From assembly GCA_963666055.2 (NCBI GenBank), contig CAXWPH010000015.1:1984001-2048000 (forward strand): a stretch of DNA of 64,000 nt, given 5' to 3'. Every line of letters starts with the position of its first letter. Within the stretch, counting starts at the first letter, position 1. This document shows positions 20,684-30,512 of this stretch, one piece after another. The translations under genes and the position numbers were made by a program. Source of the stretch: Acidobacteriota bacterium. Lineage in GTDB: Bacteria > Acidobacteriota > UBA890 > WLXD01. The notes under the pieces are model-generated. The model ran no database searches, was not told where the DNA came from, and saw only the letters and a program-made list of their open reading frames with translations.

Positions 20684-21286
20684 CTACAGCTCCCGGCGCC
20701 CCTCCAGCGCTCGCGACATCGTGACCTCGTCGGCATACTCGATATCACCGCCCACCGGGATACCTGCGGCGATCCGCGTCACCTTGGCGCCGGTGGGCTT
20801 CAGCAGCCTGGCCAGGTAGGCAGCGGTTGCCTCGCCCTCGACGGTCGGGTTGGTCGCCACGATCACCTCGCGCACGTGGTTGTCGCGTACGCGCCGCTCG
20901 AGCTGACCGAGATGGAGCTCGTCGGGCCCGATTCCGTCGAGTGGCGACAGCGACCCGCCGAGGACGTGATAGCGGCCTCGGAAACGACTGGTGCGCTCGA
21001 TCGCCGCGAGGTCGTGTCCTTCCTCGACGACGCACAGCAGCGCGTCGTCGCGGTTGGGGTCCGTACAGTAGGCGCAAGGGTTCTCGTCGCTCAGCAAGTT
21101 GCAACGGTCGCAGGGACGGATCTTCCGCCGCACCTCGAGCAGCGCCTCGGCCAGCTCCCGCGTCTCGGATGCCGGCGCCTTGAGTAGGTAGAACGCCAGT
21201 CTCTGGGCTGTCTTCCGTCCGATCGTCGGCAGGCGTTGGAGTCGGTCGATCAGGTCCGCCACCGGGCCCGACTCGGTATAGCTCAC
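20684..21286 (-). CDS. recR: Recombination mediator RecR
   Basis: LPTIGRKTAQRLAFYLL, C4 zinc finger, YHVLGG.LSPLDGIGP, ATNPTVEGEATA, GGDIEYAD. Confidence 0.97.
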   Translation of the reverse strand: MSYTESGPVADLIDRLQRLPTIGRKTAQRLAFYLLKAPASETRELAEALLEVRRKIRPCDRCNLLSDENPCAYCTDPNRDDALLCVVEEGHDLAAIERTSRFRGRYHVLGGSLSPLDGIGPDELHLGQLERRVRDNHVREVIVATNPTVEGEATAAYLARLLKPTGAKVTRIAAGIPVGGDIEYADEVTMSRALEGRREL

Positions 21287-21289
21287 CGG

Positions 21290-21601
21290 CTAGCCAAGCA
21301 GTCCGCCGAGTGCACCGAGGCCACCCGGGATCATGCCGCCGATCTTCTGCTGCGCCTGCTCCTCGGCTCGTCGTACCGCTTCTCCGACCGCCGACACCAC
21401 GAGGTCTTGCAACATCTCCACGTCATCGGGATCGACCACGCCGGGCTCGATCTTGAGCTCGAGAAGGGCCTTTGCGCCGTTAACGGTTGCCGTGACCATG
21501 CCGCCACCAACCGAAGCTGAAACGCGCATTTCCTCGAGCTCGGCCTGCAGTTTTTCCTGCATCTGCTGCGCTTGGCGCATCATCTTCTTCATGTCCATCA
21601 T
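21290..21601 (-). CDS. ybaB: YbaB/EbfC nucleoid-associated protein
   Basis: MMRQAQQMQEKL, GGGMVTATVNG, DVEMLQDLVVSA; located between dnaX and recR. Confidence 0.95.
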   Translation of the reverse strand: MMDMKKMMRQAQQMQEKLQAELEEMRVSASVGGGMVTATVNGAKALLELKIEPGVVDPDDVEMLQDLVVSAVGEAVRRAEEQAQQKIGGMIPGGLGALGGLLG

Positions 21602-21605
21602 CGAC

Positions 21606-23561
21606 TCACGACTCCTCTACAGAGATCACTTGGCCCTTGAGCTCGCGCAGTAGGTCCTGCACCAGCGGTTCACTCTCGGCTCGCTCCAGGAGCACGCTGG
21701 AAGCGCTCTGAACATCGTCTGTCGGCGTCCCGCCGCCGCTTGCGGAGGGGCGCTCCTGCGTCGGCGTCGTGGCCGGGCCCCCCGGGGTCGCTGCGGCGTC
21801 GGCTCCGCCTCTGGCTGCCGCGGAGCCGCGGGGGTCGCCATCGTCAAGCTCGACCCGCGCGGTCACCGACCTACCGGCCGCGGCGCTACAGGCTGCCGAC
21901 ACTGCCGGGAGAACCTGCGGGTCACGCACGCGCTGCGCGAAGATCTTGGCGCTCGACGGGAAGTGCAGGGTTACCGTGTGCTCGTCGAGTTCAATACCAC
22001 TGGTGCGCCCCAATACCTGGGCCACCAGTGGGTGCGTGGCCTCGAGCGACCGTTGAATCCTGCCCAGCAGATCGGCTTGATCGCCGCCGGCCGCCGTGAC
22101 GGGCACCGGTTCGCGAGCGCCCGCGGTAGCGGCGGCGGCGCTCACTGGCGGCGCATCGGGCTCTGGAGGCAGCGGAGGTTGCTCCTCTGTCGTCCGCGCA
22201 GCGGCCGGCGCTGGCGTGGTGGCTGGCAGGGGCCCAGTGGCTGGCACTGGCGTTGAGGCCGGCGTTGGCGCCGTCGTCGTCGGGGTCCCGGCCGATGTTG
22301 GCGCGGCCTGCTGGGTGCGGCCGGCGTCGCGAGACGACGATGAGTTGGCCGCGCCACGCCTCGAGCCTCGACCGCTCGGGGCGTTGCCCATGCTGCCGTC
22401 ACCGCGGTCGCCGGTTGGTGAGCGCACCGCGTCGATGAGATTCCGGATCGGTTCCAGGCTCGGCATTCGGGCGAGCCGCGACAGAACCACCTCGACGTGG
22501 TAGCGCGGCTGCTCGGCTACCTTGATCCGGTACTCGTTGGCCGCTAGCAACGAGAACGCTCGATCGAGGTCGTCGACCTCGAACTGCTCTGCCTGCTCAC
22601 GCAGGCGATCGATGTCGCTCGCCGGCAGATGCAGGATGTCGCGCGGATCCGCCACGCTGTGTACCACCAGCAGGTTCCGGAAGTGGCCCAGCAGATCGAT
22701 CGTGAACTGGTGCAGGTCGACGCCCTGTTCGACCATCTCGTTCACCAAACCCAGCACGCCGGCGATATCGCCGGCGGCCACCAAGTCGGTCGAGCGGAAG
22801 AGCAACATGCGGTCGACCAGCCCGAGCAAGTCGACCACGGTCGATTCGTCGATGCGGTTGCCGGCAAACGCGATCAGCTTGTCGAGCAGGCTCTGGGCGT
22901 CGCGCAAGCTGCCGTCTGCCGCCGCTGCGATCAGCGCCAGGCCGTCGGCCGATACGTCGATGCTCTCCGCCGTGGCGATGCGGCCGAGATGCGCGCCGAT
23001 CTCACGCTGGCTGATGCGCGCAAACTGATAGTGCTGGCAGCGCGACAGAATGGTCGGCAGAATCTTGTTGGGCTCGGTGGTCGCCAGCACGAAGACGATG
23101 TACTCCGGGGGCTCCTCCAGTACCTTCAATAGGGCATTGGATGCCTCGGTGGTGAGCATGTGAGCCTCGTCGAGGATCATCACCTTGTAGCGATCGCGCG
23201 ACGGCGCGTAGCGTGCGATCTCGATGAGCTCCTTCATCTCGTTGATGCCGCGGTCCGATGCCGCATCGCGCTCAAAAACGTCGAGCGCACGGCTGCCCAT
23301 GATCTCCAGGCATGATTCACACTCGCCGCAGGGCGTCGACGTTGGCGCCTCGCTGGCGCGACAGTTGAGGCCGCGGGCGAGCAACCGAGCCAGGGTTGTC
23401 TTGCCAACGCCGCGGATCCCCGAGAAGCAATAGGCGTGCGCCACCCGGCCCTGGTCGAGGGCGTTTACCAGCGTCTGGACGACCGCCCGCTGCCCGACGA
23501 CACTCTCGAATTGTTGCGGACGCCACTTGCGGGCGAGCACCTGATAGTTCTGTCGAGCCAT
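21606..23561 (-). CDS. dnaX: DNA polymerase III subunit gamma/tau
   Basis: YQVLARKWRPQ, GIRGVGKTT, ILDEAHML, LKVLEEPP, TILSRCQ, Pro/Ala-rich linker. Confidence 0.97.
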   Translation of the reverse strand: MARQNYQVLARKWRPQQFESVVGQRAVVQTLVNALDQGRVAHAYCFSGIRGVGKTTLARLLARGLNCRASEAPTSTPCGECESCLEIMGSRALDVFERDAASDRGINEMKELIEIARYAPSRDRYKVMILDEAHMLTTEASNALLKVLEEPPEYIVFVLATTEPNKILPTILSRCQHYQFARISQREIGAHLGRIATAESIDVSADGLALIAAAADGSLRDAQSLLDKLIAFAGNRIDESTVVDLLGLVDRMLLFRSTDLVAAGDIAGVLGLVNEMVEQGVDLHQFTIDLLGHFRNLLVVHSVADPRDILHLPASDIDRLREQAEQFEVDDLDRAFSLLAANEYRIKVAEQPRYHVEVVLSRLARMPSLEPIRNLIDAVRSPTGDRGDGSMGNAPSGRGSRRGAANSSSSRDAGRTQQAAPTSAGTPTTTAPTPASTPVPATGPLPATTPAPAAARTTEEQPPLPPEPDAPPVSAAAATAGAREPVPVTAAGGDQADLLGRIQRSLEATHPLVAQVLGRTSGIELDEHTVTLHFPSSAKIFAQRVRDPQVLPAVSAACSAAAGRSVTARVELDDGDPRGSAAARGGADAAATPGGPATTPTQERPSASGGGTPTDDVQSASSVLLERAESEPLVQDLLRELKGQVISVEES

Positions 23562-23643
23562 ACACTTACCGGAAAATAGAGCAAATTACGGCAACATACC
23601 ACCACGGCTACCGCGTTTCCTACGACGCCCACAACGAGACGAA

Positions 23644-23740
23644 CGCCGGGTGATCCTGCGGCACCTGCAGGTGCCCGCTTAGCGCTGCTCCCTTCCGGGC
23701 CTGACGCGGTTCACGAGTCTGCACCGCACAGGGCCCGGCG
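23644..23740 (-). ncRNA. ffs: SRP RNA (4.5S)
   Basis: Helix 8 GTCAGGCCCGGAAGGGAGCAGC with closing stem CGCCGGG...CCCGGCG; canonical position upstream of dnaX. Confidence 0.93.
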
Positions 23741-23935
23741 CCGCCCCAAGACGCTGACGGCGGCGACTCACCGCCGAAATCGTGTCGATCCACCCGGCCG
23801 CAGCGGAGCGAGAGCGGCGCCGCGCCACAGCCGAGGTGCCGATGGTGCCACGCGAGCCGGAGGGCCAGCAAGCGAGCACCCGCCCGGTCGGATACACAGC
23901 CCTGTGATGTGCAGCGCGGCAGGTCCGTTGGCTAC

Positions 23936-24079
23936 AGGCTGCTTGAGGAAACGGATCCGGACGCGTCCAGCATTGAGCCGGAGCCCGGCAATCGTATCCG
24001 CCTCGCGCCGGAACTGCACCGTTCCGGAGGGCCCGGAGAATTTGTCGGGTCCGAGGCGTTGGAGTGTTGCCGGGGGTCG
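23936..24079 (-). pseudogene. Possible orphan C-terminal fragment of a serine-hydrolase-type gene
   Basis: TLQRLGPDKFSGPSGTVQFRREADTIAGLRLNAGRVRIRFLK reads like a terminal beta-domain, with no start or upstream gene. Confidence 0.4.
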
Positions 24080-24100
24080 ACCGGCCCGACCAAGTGGACA

Positions 24101-24190
<90 letters not shown>

Positions 24191-24254
24191 ACGAGAAACG
24201 GATGCCGCTCATCCTAGCAGGCAGTGGTGCAGGTGCACCGGCGTCCCGGCCGTT

Positions 24255-25397
24255 TCAGACGGTGCCGATGTTGCGTGCCGCCGGGATCCCGTCGAGCGCG
24301 GTGGCTTGGGTTATCGCGTCGACGACCGCATTGGCCACCGCGGCCGCCGCTGCCGCGTCGATTCGGTCGAGATCACTGGTCGAGCTGACCGCTCTGCCCC
24401 GATTGGTGGCGAGCGCGAACAGCGTGTCGCCGTCAAAGATCGTGTGTGCTGGGACAACGGCGCGTGCCAGCCCGTCATGTGCCACCGACGCCAACCGGTT
24501 GCACTGCGCCTTGCTGAGCGTACGGTTGGTTGCCACGATCCCGATCGCGGTGTTCTGCCCGGCGGATCCACTGCTCGCGCCGCCCGGATGCAGCAACGCA
24601 GCCTCGGTGTCGCGCAGCGTGCGGCCGTTGCTGGCGAGCGCGCCCGCGATCAGCGTCCCACTACGAGGGTCCCGTACGTCGCCACGGCTGTTCACCGCAA
24701 TCAGGGCGGCAACCACCGTCCCGTCATCGAAACGGAAGCCGGCGCTTCCTAGTCCCCCCTTCATGCGGCCGCTGCCGAGCATCTTGCCAATCGTAGCGCC
24801 GGCACCAGCGCCGACATTGCCTCGCACCACGGGGCCAGCGGTGGCGACCCTGCAGGCGGCGTACCCGTCGGCAGCGGTCGGCGCATTGCTTCCACCCCCG
24901 ACACCGAGGTCGTAGAGCACCGCGGCGGGCACGATCGGTACTATCTGGCCACCGAACTCCAGGCCAACGCCGGTTTCCAGCAAGCGCCGTACGACGCCGT
25001 CGGCGGTGGCGAGTCCGGGCGCGCTGCCGCCGGTAAGGACGATGGCGTGCACGTGATTGACCGCGCTCTCGGATCGCAGCAGATCGGTCTCCCGCGTTCC
25101 TGGTGCGGCGCCGCGCACCGCCACGCCTCCCGTGGCTCCATCAGGGGTTACCACGACTGTGCATCCGGTCGGGCGATCGCTACGGGTAGTCTGACCTACG
25201 AGCACGCCGGCAACGTCGGTGAGGGTGATGGCGCCGGTCTGACCGTTGCCGTATCGGGCGGCCGCGCCGCCGCCACCCTGTACACCCGAACGCCCGCCGT
25301 ACCAGGTACCCGCGGCCGGTGCGGTCGGCCAGGCGCTGTTCCCGGCGGGCACCAACGACGCGAGCATGAGCGACAGTTGGCGACGGTTCCACTTCAT
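24255..25397 (-). CDS. P1/S58 (DmpA-like) peptidase with a Tat-like leader
   Basis: TLTDVAGVLVG, TGCTVV, VRGAAPGTRETDLL, LTGGSA.GL, VPIVPAAVLYDL, GNVGAGAGA, QNTAIG, HTIFDGDTLF; N-terminus MKWNRRQL. Confidence 0.88.
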   Translation of the reverse strand: MKWNRRQLSLMLASLVPAGNSAWPTAPAAGTWYGGRSGVQGGGGAAARYGNGQTGAITLTDVAGVLVGQTTRSDRPTGCTVVVTPDGATGGVAVRGAAPGTRETDLLRSESAVNHVHAIVLTGGSAPGLATADGVVRRLLETGVGLEFGGQIVPIVPAAVLYDLGVGGGSNAPTAADGYAACRVATAGPVVRGNVGAGAGATIGKMLGSGRMKGGLGSAGFRFDDGTVVAALIAVNSRGDVRDPRSGTLIAGALASNGRTLRDTEAALLHPGGASSGSAGQNTAIGIVATNRTLSKAQCNRLASVAHDGLARAVVPAHTIFDGDTLFALATNRGRAVSSTSDLDRIDAAAAAAVANAVVDAITQATALDGIPAARNIGTV

Positions 25398-25433
25398 GTC
25401 GATCACATTAGCAGGTCGTGTACCCTCAAGGCC

Positions 25434-26611
25434 GTGCGCATCCTCTACGTCGCCGCGGGCACCCCGATCCCGGGTACGCATGGTGGCAGCGTGCACGCGC
25501 TGCAGCTGTGGCGCGGTCTCGCTGCGGCCGGCAACGAGGTACACCTCGTCGCCCAGCCGCCAGATCGCGACGACGACCCCACGGCAGACCTCGGCGTGGT
25601 CCTGCACCCGCTGTCGCGTCGCCCGCGGCCGGCGCAACTCGAGTGGACGCTGTGGCGCCAGGTCAGACGCATTGCACGCCGCGTCGGGCCCGATGTGGTC
25701 GTCGAGCGCTTCTACACCTTCGGAGGCACCGGCCTGTTGGCGGCGCGGGCGATCGGCGTGCCGGCGGTGTTGGAGATCAACTCGCCAGCGCGTCCGTATC
25801 CGGGATCATTACGCGACCGTCTCGACGCGCTGACCCTGATCCGTCCGGTTCACCGCTGGCGGCAGTGGCAACTGGCCGCCGCCAGCCGCTACTACACCAC
25901 CGGCGCCATGTTGCTCCCGCAGAGCCTGCTTCGCCGCACCACCGTCATCGTCAACGGCGTTGATTGCCAGCGGATCCAGCCTGGCGAGCCGCTGTCCGAT
26001 ACCGGATCGCTGCGCTGCGTGTACGTCAGCAGCTTTCGTGCCTGGCACGGGGCAGTCGACCTGGTGAGCGCGACGATCGACGCGATCGCTGCGGGAGCCG
26101 ACCTGCACCTCACCTGCATTGGTAGGGGTCCAACCTGGGAGGAGGCGCGCGCCGTTTGGCGAGCTGTTCGACCGCCGCCGAGCGCATCGTCTTCACAGGT
26201 CAGGTGCCGCATGCCGAGATCCCCCAGCACCTTGCCTCCTCCGACGTAGGCATCGCGCCGTTCAGCCCACGCCACTTCCGCGCCCTCGAGCTCGGCTGGT
26301 TTTGGTCGCCCATCAAGATTTTCGAGTACCTCGCTGCCGGGCTTCCGGTGGTAACGGCGGACATTCCCGAGCTCCACGATCTGCTTCCGGAGACCGTGGC
26401 GCGCTTCTACCCTGCCGACGACGCGACGGCGCTGGCGCAGCTGTTGACCGATATCGCCGGGCAACGCGCGGAGCTCCGCCGGGCCTCGATCGACGCGAGA
26501 CAGCTTGCCGAGGAGCGCTATACCTGGGGCCGGCAGGCCGCGGCGGTCGACGCCGTGCTCGCCGAGGCGATCGCCGACCACGGCCTGCTAGCACGCCATG
26601 GACGATTGTAG
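25434..26611 (+). CDS. GT4-family glycosyltransferase; frameshift near 26155
   Basis: MRILYVA...HGGSVH, VLEINSP, SSFRAWHG, FTGQVPHAEIP, SPIKIFEYLAAGLPVV, YTW. Confidence 0.88.
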
Positions 26612-26634
26612 GCGCGATGGTAGACTCCGCCGGC

Positions 26635-28425
26635 ATGACCGGGGAGATGCTGATCGTCGTCGGCGTGCTTCTGGCAGCCCTCGTCCTGTGGGTGACCGAG
26701 TGGCTGCCTATCGACCTCGTGGCGCTGTGCATACCCGTCGTGCTGATGCTCACCCGGGTGCTGGAGCCTGCCGCTGCCGTGGCGGGATTCGCCAGCACGG
26801 CGCTACTCACCGTGGCGTCGGTTCTCGTCGTCTCGGACGGCCTGACGCGAACTGGCGTGATTACCTACGTGGGCAAGCGCATCATCCAGTTTGCCCGCGG
26901 CGACGAGCGTCGCCTGCTGTTCGCCGTGATGGTCACCATGGCGGTGTTTTCGGGCTTCATCAACAACACTGCCGTGGTGGCGATGTTCCTGCCGATGATG
27001 TTAGGAGTGGCGAAAGAGTTCGAGATCCCGCCCTCGAAGCTGCTCATTCCGCTGTCGTTCGCCTCGATTCTCGGGGGCACGACCAGCCTGATCGGGACGT
27101 CGACGAACATCCTCGTTCACGGTCTCATGGAAGAGCACGGGATACGCGGCATCGGTCTATTCGAGATCACCCCCATGGGGCTGATCTATGCGGCCGTCGG
27201 CCTTGCCTACATGTACTGGATAGGCCGCCATTTGTTGCCGGATCGTGGCCACGCTACGTCGTACTTACAGAGTCAGCGCGGCGCCGCCGAGTACATGACC
27301 GAGGTGCAGGTGCCGGTGGGCTCCAAGCTCATCGGGCACGCGGTCGACGATGCCCTGCAGGCCGCCCATCCGGAAGTTCGCCTGCTGCAGATCATCAGGG
27401 GCGATGCGTTGTTCTGGCCGCCGCTCGACAAGGTGATCATCGAGGCAGGGGACGTGTTTTTGCTCAAGGGAGACGTCAACCAGCTGCTCGCCCTCTACAA
27501 AGAGAAGGGGCTGGAGCTGCTTCCCGGCTTGAAGGCGGAGGCGATTCGGTACGCGGTGAAGGAAATGGCGCTTGCCGAGGCCGTGATCACCCCGAACTCG
27601 CGGCTCATCGGCAGGTCGCTGAGCGAGATCAACTTCCGACAGCACTACGGCGCCTCGGTGATGGCGCTGCAGCGCCACGGCGACCATCTGCGCGAGGGGC
27701 TTCCCACCGTCAGGCTGCGCGTCGGCGATGTGTTGCTGGTGATGGCCGACCGGGTCGATATCCAGCGCCTCATGACCTACGACGAGTTCCTGGTGCTGGA
27801 GGGCGTACAGGAGGTCGTCGTCAACCGTGAAAAAGCGCCCATAGCGGTGGGCCTGGTGCTCGGGCTGGTCGTGCTCGGCGGCGTTACCGACGTTCCCATC
27901 ATGACGCTGGCGATGGTATCCGCGGTGCTCATGGTGCTCACTCGTTGCGTGTCCATGCGGCAGGCCTACGCGGCGCTCGATCTATCGGTGCTGATGTTGA
28001 TCGGCGGCGCCATCGCGCTCGGTCGGGCGATGGAGCAGACGGGCGCGGCGGCGTTTCTCGCCGAGGCCGTCGTCGGCGCCGTGGGCCAGTACGGTCCGGT
28101 CGTGGTGCTGTCGGGTATCTACCTGATGACGGTGGTGTTCACCGAGCTCATGTCGAACGCCGCGGCGGCTGTGCTCATGGTGCCCATCGCGTTAGGCGTG
28201 GCCACCAACCTGGGCGTCGACCCGCGGCCGTTTGCTATCGCCGTCGCGTTCGCCGGCTCGGCAGCGTTCTCGACGCCAATCGGCTATCAGACCAACACCC
28301 TGGTGTACGGTCCGGGTGGTTATCATTTCCTCGATTACACGCGCGTCGGGCTGCCGCTGAACATCATCCTCTGGCTGCTGGCGACGTGGCTGATTCCTTT
28401 TTTTTGGCCGTTGGTTCCCGCCTGA
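26635..28425 (+). CDS. SLC13/CitMHS-type permease with two TrkA-C domains
   Basis: SGFINNTAVVA, PSKLLIPLSFASILGG, GTSTN, MSNAAAA, TPIGYQTN.LVYGPGGY.F.DY. Confidence 0.92.
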   Translation: MTGEMLIVVGVLLAALVLWVTEWLPIDLVALCIPVVLMLTRVLEPAAAVAGFASTALLTVASVLVVSDGLTRTGVITYVGKRIIQFARGDERRLLFAVMVTMAVFSGFINNTAVVAMFLPMMLGVAKEFEIPPSKLLIPLSFASILGGTTSLIGTSTNILVHGLMEEHGIRGIGLFEITPMGLIYAAVGLAYMYWIGRHLLPDRGHATSYLQSQRGAAEYMTEVQVPVGSKLIGHAVDDALQAAHPEVRLLQIIRGDALFWPPLDKVIIEAGDVFLLKGDVNQLLALYKEKGLELLPGLKAEAIRYAVKEMALAEAVITPNSRLIGRSLSEINFRQHYGASVMALQRHGDHLREGLPTVRLRVGDVLLVMADRVDIQRLMTYDEFLVLEGVQEVVVNREKAPIAVGLVLGLVVLGGVTDVPIMTLAMVSAVLMVLTRCVSMRQAYAALDLSVLMLIGGAIALGRAMEQTGAAAFLAEAVVGAVGQYGPVVVLSGIYLMTVVFTELMSNAAAAVLMVPIALGVATNLGVDPRPFAIAVAFAGSAAFSTPIGYQTNTLVYGPGGYHFLDYTRVGLPLNIILWLLATWLIPFFWPLVPA

Positions 28426-28579
28426 GGCGCCGTCCGCCGGAGGGGTCAACAGGCCGCAACCGGCGGGTACGGCGGGTGTACACTGTGGCTATCGCTCGGC
28501 CTTGGCGGTCGCGTCCGACAAGGCAGGCTGCCGGCGGCCGTCCCATCATCAGAGAGCTCCAATCGAGGAGGAGGACTCC

Positions 28580-29350
28580 ATGAACCCTCGTTCCTTGCGC
28601 GTTGTTGTCATCGCTCTTTGCGGCGGCCTCGTGCTCGCCGCCGCCCCGGCGCTTCAACGAGACCTGGCGGTCTCGTTTACGGTTACCAACGCCGACGAAG
28701 GCACCAACACCATGAAGGCGACGATCGGTGGCGAGCATTCGCGCCTCGACATGGACGGGGTGTCGATCATCTGGGGACCGGTCGCCTGGATCATGGTCCA
28801 GCACCAGCAGAAGATGTTCATCCGGTTCACCAAGGAGATGATGGAGCGCATGCGGCAGATGATGGAGCGGATGCCGTTACAGATGCGCCGCGGCAACATG
28901 CCCGATCCCGACGACTTCGACCCGACCTCCTTCTCCTTTCGCCGTACCGGTGCCACCGATACGGTGACCACCAACACGGGCGCGAAACACAGCGTGTTCG
29001 AGGTCGAGATGAACGGGGCGGACGGCCAGCTCGCCTCGCTATGGCTGTCGACCTCTGCCGAGGTCGGCCTGTTCGAGGTCTGGAGCCGACTGGCAGAGCA
29101 CCTCTCGGAGGTCGCTGGACCGATGATGGGCGGTGGCCCCGGGGGGCGGAATCCCATGGCAGGCATGGCCGAGTATCTGCAGCTGGCGCGGGCCCGCGGG
29201 CTGCCCGACGGCCGCGTGCTACGGATGGACTCCGAAGATGGCGTCAGCATGGTGGTCGACGGCTGGGAGTACGGGCCGTTCGAGGGCAACTGGAAGGAAG
29301 CGCCGACGACCTATCGCGAGCAGAAGATGCCGATGATGCAGCGTCCGTAG
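28580..29350 (+). CDS. Secreted hypothetical protein, DUF4412-like, Met-rich
   Basis: GAGGAGG RBS, signal peptide, SRLDM...IMV.HQQKMF...FRRTGATDTV...LWLS pattern. Confidence 0.6.
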   Translation: MNPRSLRVVVIALCGGLVLAAAPALQRDLAVSFTVTNADEGTNTMKATIGGEHSRLDMDGVSIIWGPVAWIMVQHQQKMFIRFTKEMMERMRQMMERMPLQMRRGNMPDPDDFDPTSFSFRRTGATDTVTTNTGAKHSVFEVEMNGADGQLASLWLSTSAEVGLFEVWSRLAEHLSEVAGPMMGGGPGGRNPMAGMAEYLQLARARGLPDGRVLRMDSEDGVSMVVDGWEYGPFEGNWKEAPTTYREQKMPMMQRP

Positions 29351-29393
29351 TGAGGTACTGACGATCGCCAACAAGACGCTGCAATCGGCTCCC

Positions 29394-29753
29394 TTGGGCG
29401 ACGCTCCGGAAAGCGACGAGCTGTTCGATCTGCTCGCCCTGTGCACCGAGGCGAAGAGGTTGGGTCGGGCGCGCCGCGAGGCGGGCAAGGTGCAGTTCCT
29501 CACCGCGGGGCCCGATCTCTGGATTGCTGCTGCCAGCGCCTACAACGTGGTGCTCGATACGTCGGCCAAGCGCGTGCAGCACGGCTGCCGAGACTTCCTC
29601 GGGCAGGCGCGCGAGCGCCGGCTCTGCAAGCACGTGGCGGCGTTGTTGTTGGCGATCGATCGAGACGTCGCGCTGGAGGTGCTGCGCGGCCTGACCGTGC
29701 CCTATGGGGAGTGGCACCTCGAGGTCATCGCCGCGCGTGGCTTCAAAAACTGA
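29394..29753 (+). CDS. Small SWIM-type zinc-finger protein
   Basis: YNVVLD...HGCRDF...LCKHVAALLL; start uncertain. Confidence 0.7.
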   Translation: MGDAPESDELFDLLALCTEAKRLGRARREAGKVQFLTAGPDLWIAAASAYNVVLDTSAKRVQHGCRDFLGQARERRLCKHVAALLLAIDRDVALEVLRGLTVPYGEWHLEVIAARGFKN

Positions 29754-29932
29754 GGGGCGCGAGCCGGATTGTCAGGGGCCACTCTTGGCGCGGTTCGCCG
29801 TCGACATCCGGTGGGTTGACAAGCCCAGCGTCGGCAGGGAGAGTGATTTTGGTTGCTCCATGATCCCTAATCTACTCTCCCTGCTCGAAATCTCCAGGTT
29901 TCCGAAGGAGGAATGAATGAGGTCCTAGGCTG

Positions 29933-30442
29933 TTGATCGCGGCGCTGATGATCGCAGTGCTGGCCACGGCCGGGGCGGCCCAAGCTCAGACGAGCAGCAA
30001 CATATTTACCGGGAAGATTGCGCCCGGGATCACCAAGAAGTTCTCGTTCACGTCGACCGAATCGATCATTATCGGCGTCAAGGTCACCGTGTTCGCCAAG
30101 ACCGACGTCGGTATCTCGGTTGTCGACGTCACGAACGATGGCGACGCCGAAGACGATGACCGGATGATCGGCGATTTCGCCTCCGGCGTGTTGCGCATGG
30201 AGGAGGGCGTCATCAGCGTTGGTGGTGGGCGCAAGATCGCTGTTTGCGTTACCAGCGTAAGCGGTCCCAACTCGCGCTACGTGATTCAGTTCTACACGTT
30301 GGCCGAGACCGGGATCGACAAGGGACCATCCTCGGTCCAGGTGCGTGAAACGGGAGAGTTCTCGGTCGACCAGCGGGCGTCCGACCCCCGGACCGCGCGG
30401 CTGCAGGAGATTCTGAAGCAACGTCGTCGCGTCAAGAGATGA
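29933..30442 (+). CDS. Secreted hypothetical beta-rich protein
   Basis: Signal peptide (AQA/Q); strong GAAGGAGG RBS near 29905 suggests the true ATG is about 29917 with a frameshift. Confidence 0.6.
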   Translation: MIAALMIAVLATAGAAQAQTSSNIFTGKIAPGITKKFSFTSTESIIIGVKVTVFAKTDVGISVVDVTNDGDAEDDDRMIGDFASGVLRMEEGVISVGGGRKIAVCVTSVSGPNSRYVIQFYTLAETGIDKGPSSVQVRETGEFSVDQRASDPRTARLQEILKQRRRVKR

Positions 30443-30467
30443 TCCGCCACGAATCCTGATGCGCGGA

Positions 30468-30503
30468 CGGGGACGGCCCGGCGCCGTTCCCGGTTTCTTT
30501 GTT
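30468..30503 (+). terminator. Intrinsic terminator
   Basis: CGGGGACGGC/GCCGTTCCCG stem followed by GTTTCTTTGTT, between convergent genes. Confidence 0.6.
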
Positions 30504-30512
30504 CGCGCCCTA

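Noticed and set aside
21606-23561. Programmed -1 frameshift producing DnaX gamma
   Set aside because: No A-AAA-AAG or long A-run slippery site was seen in the linker region.
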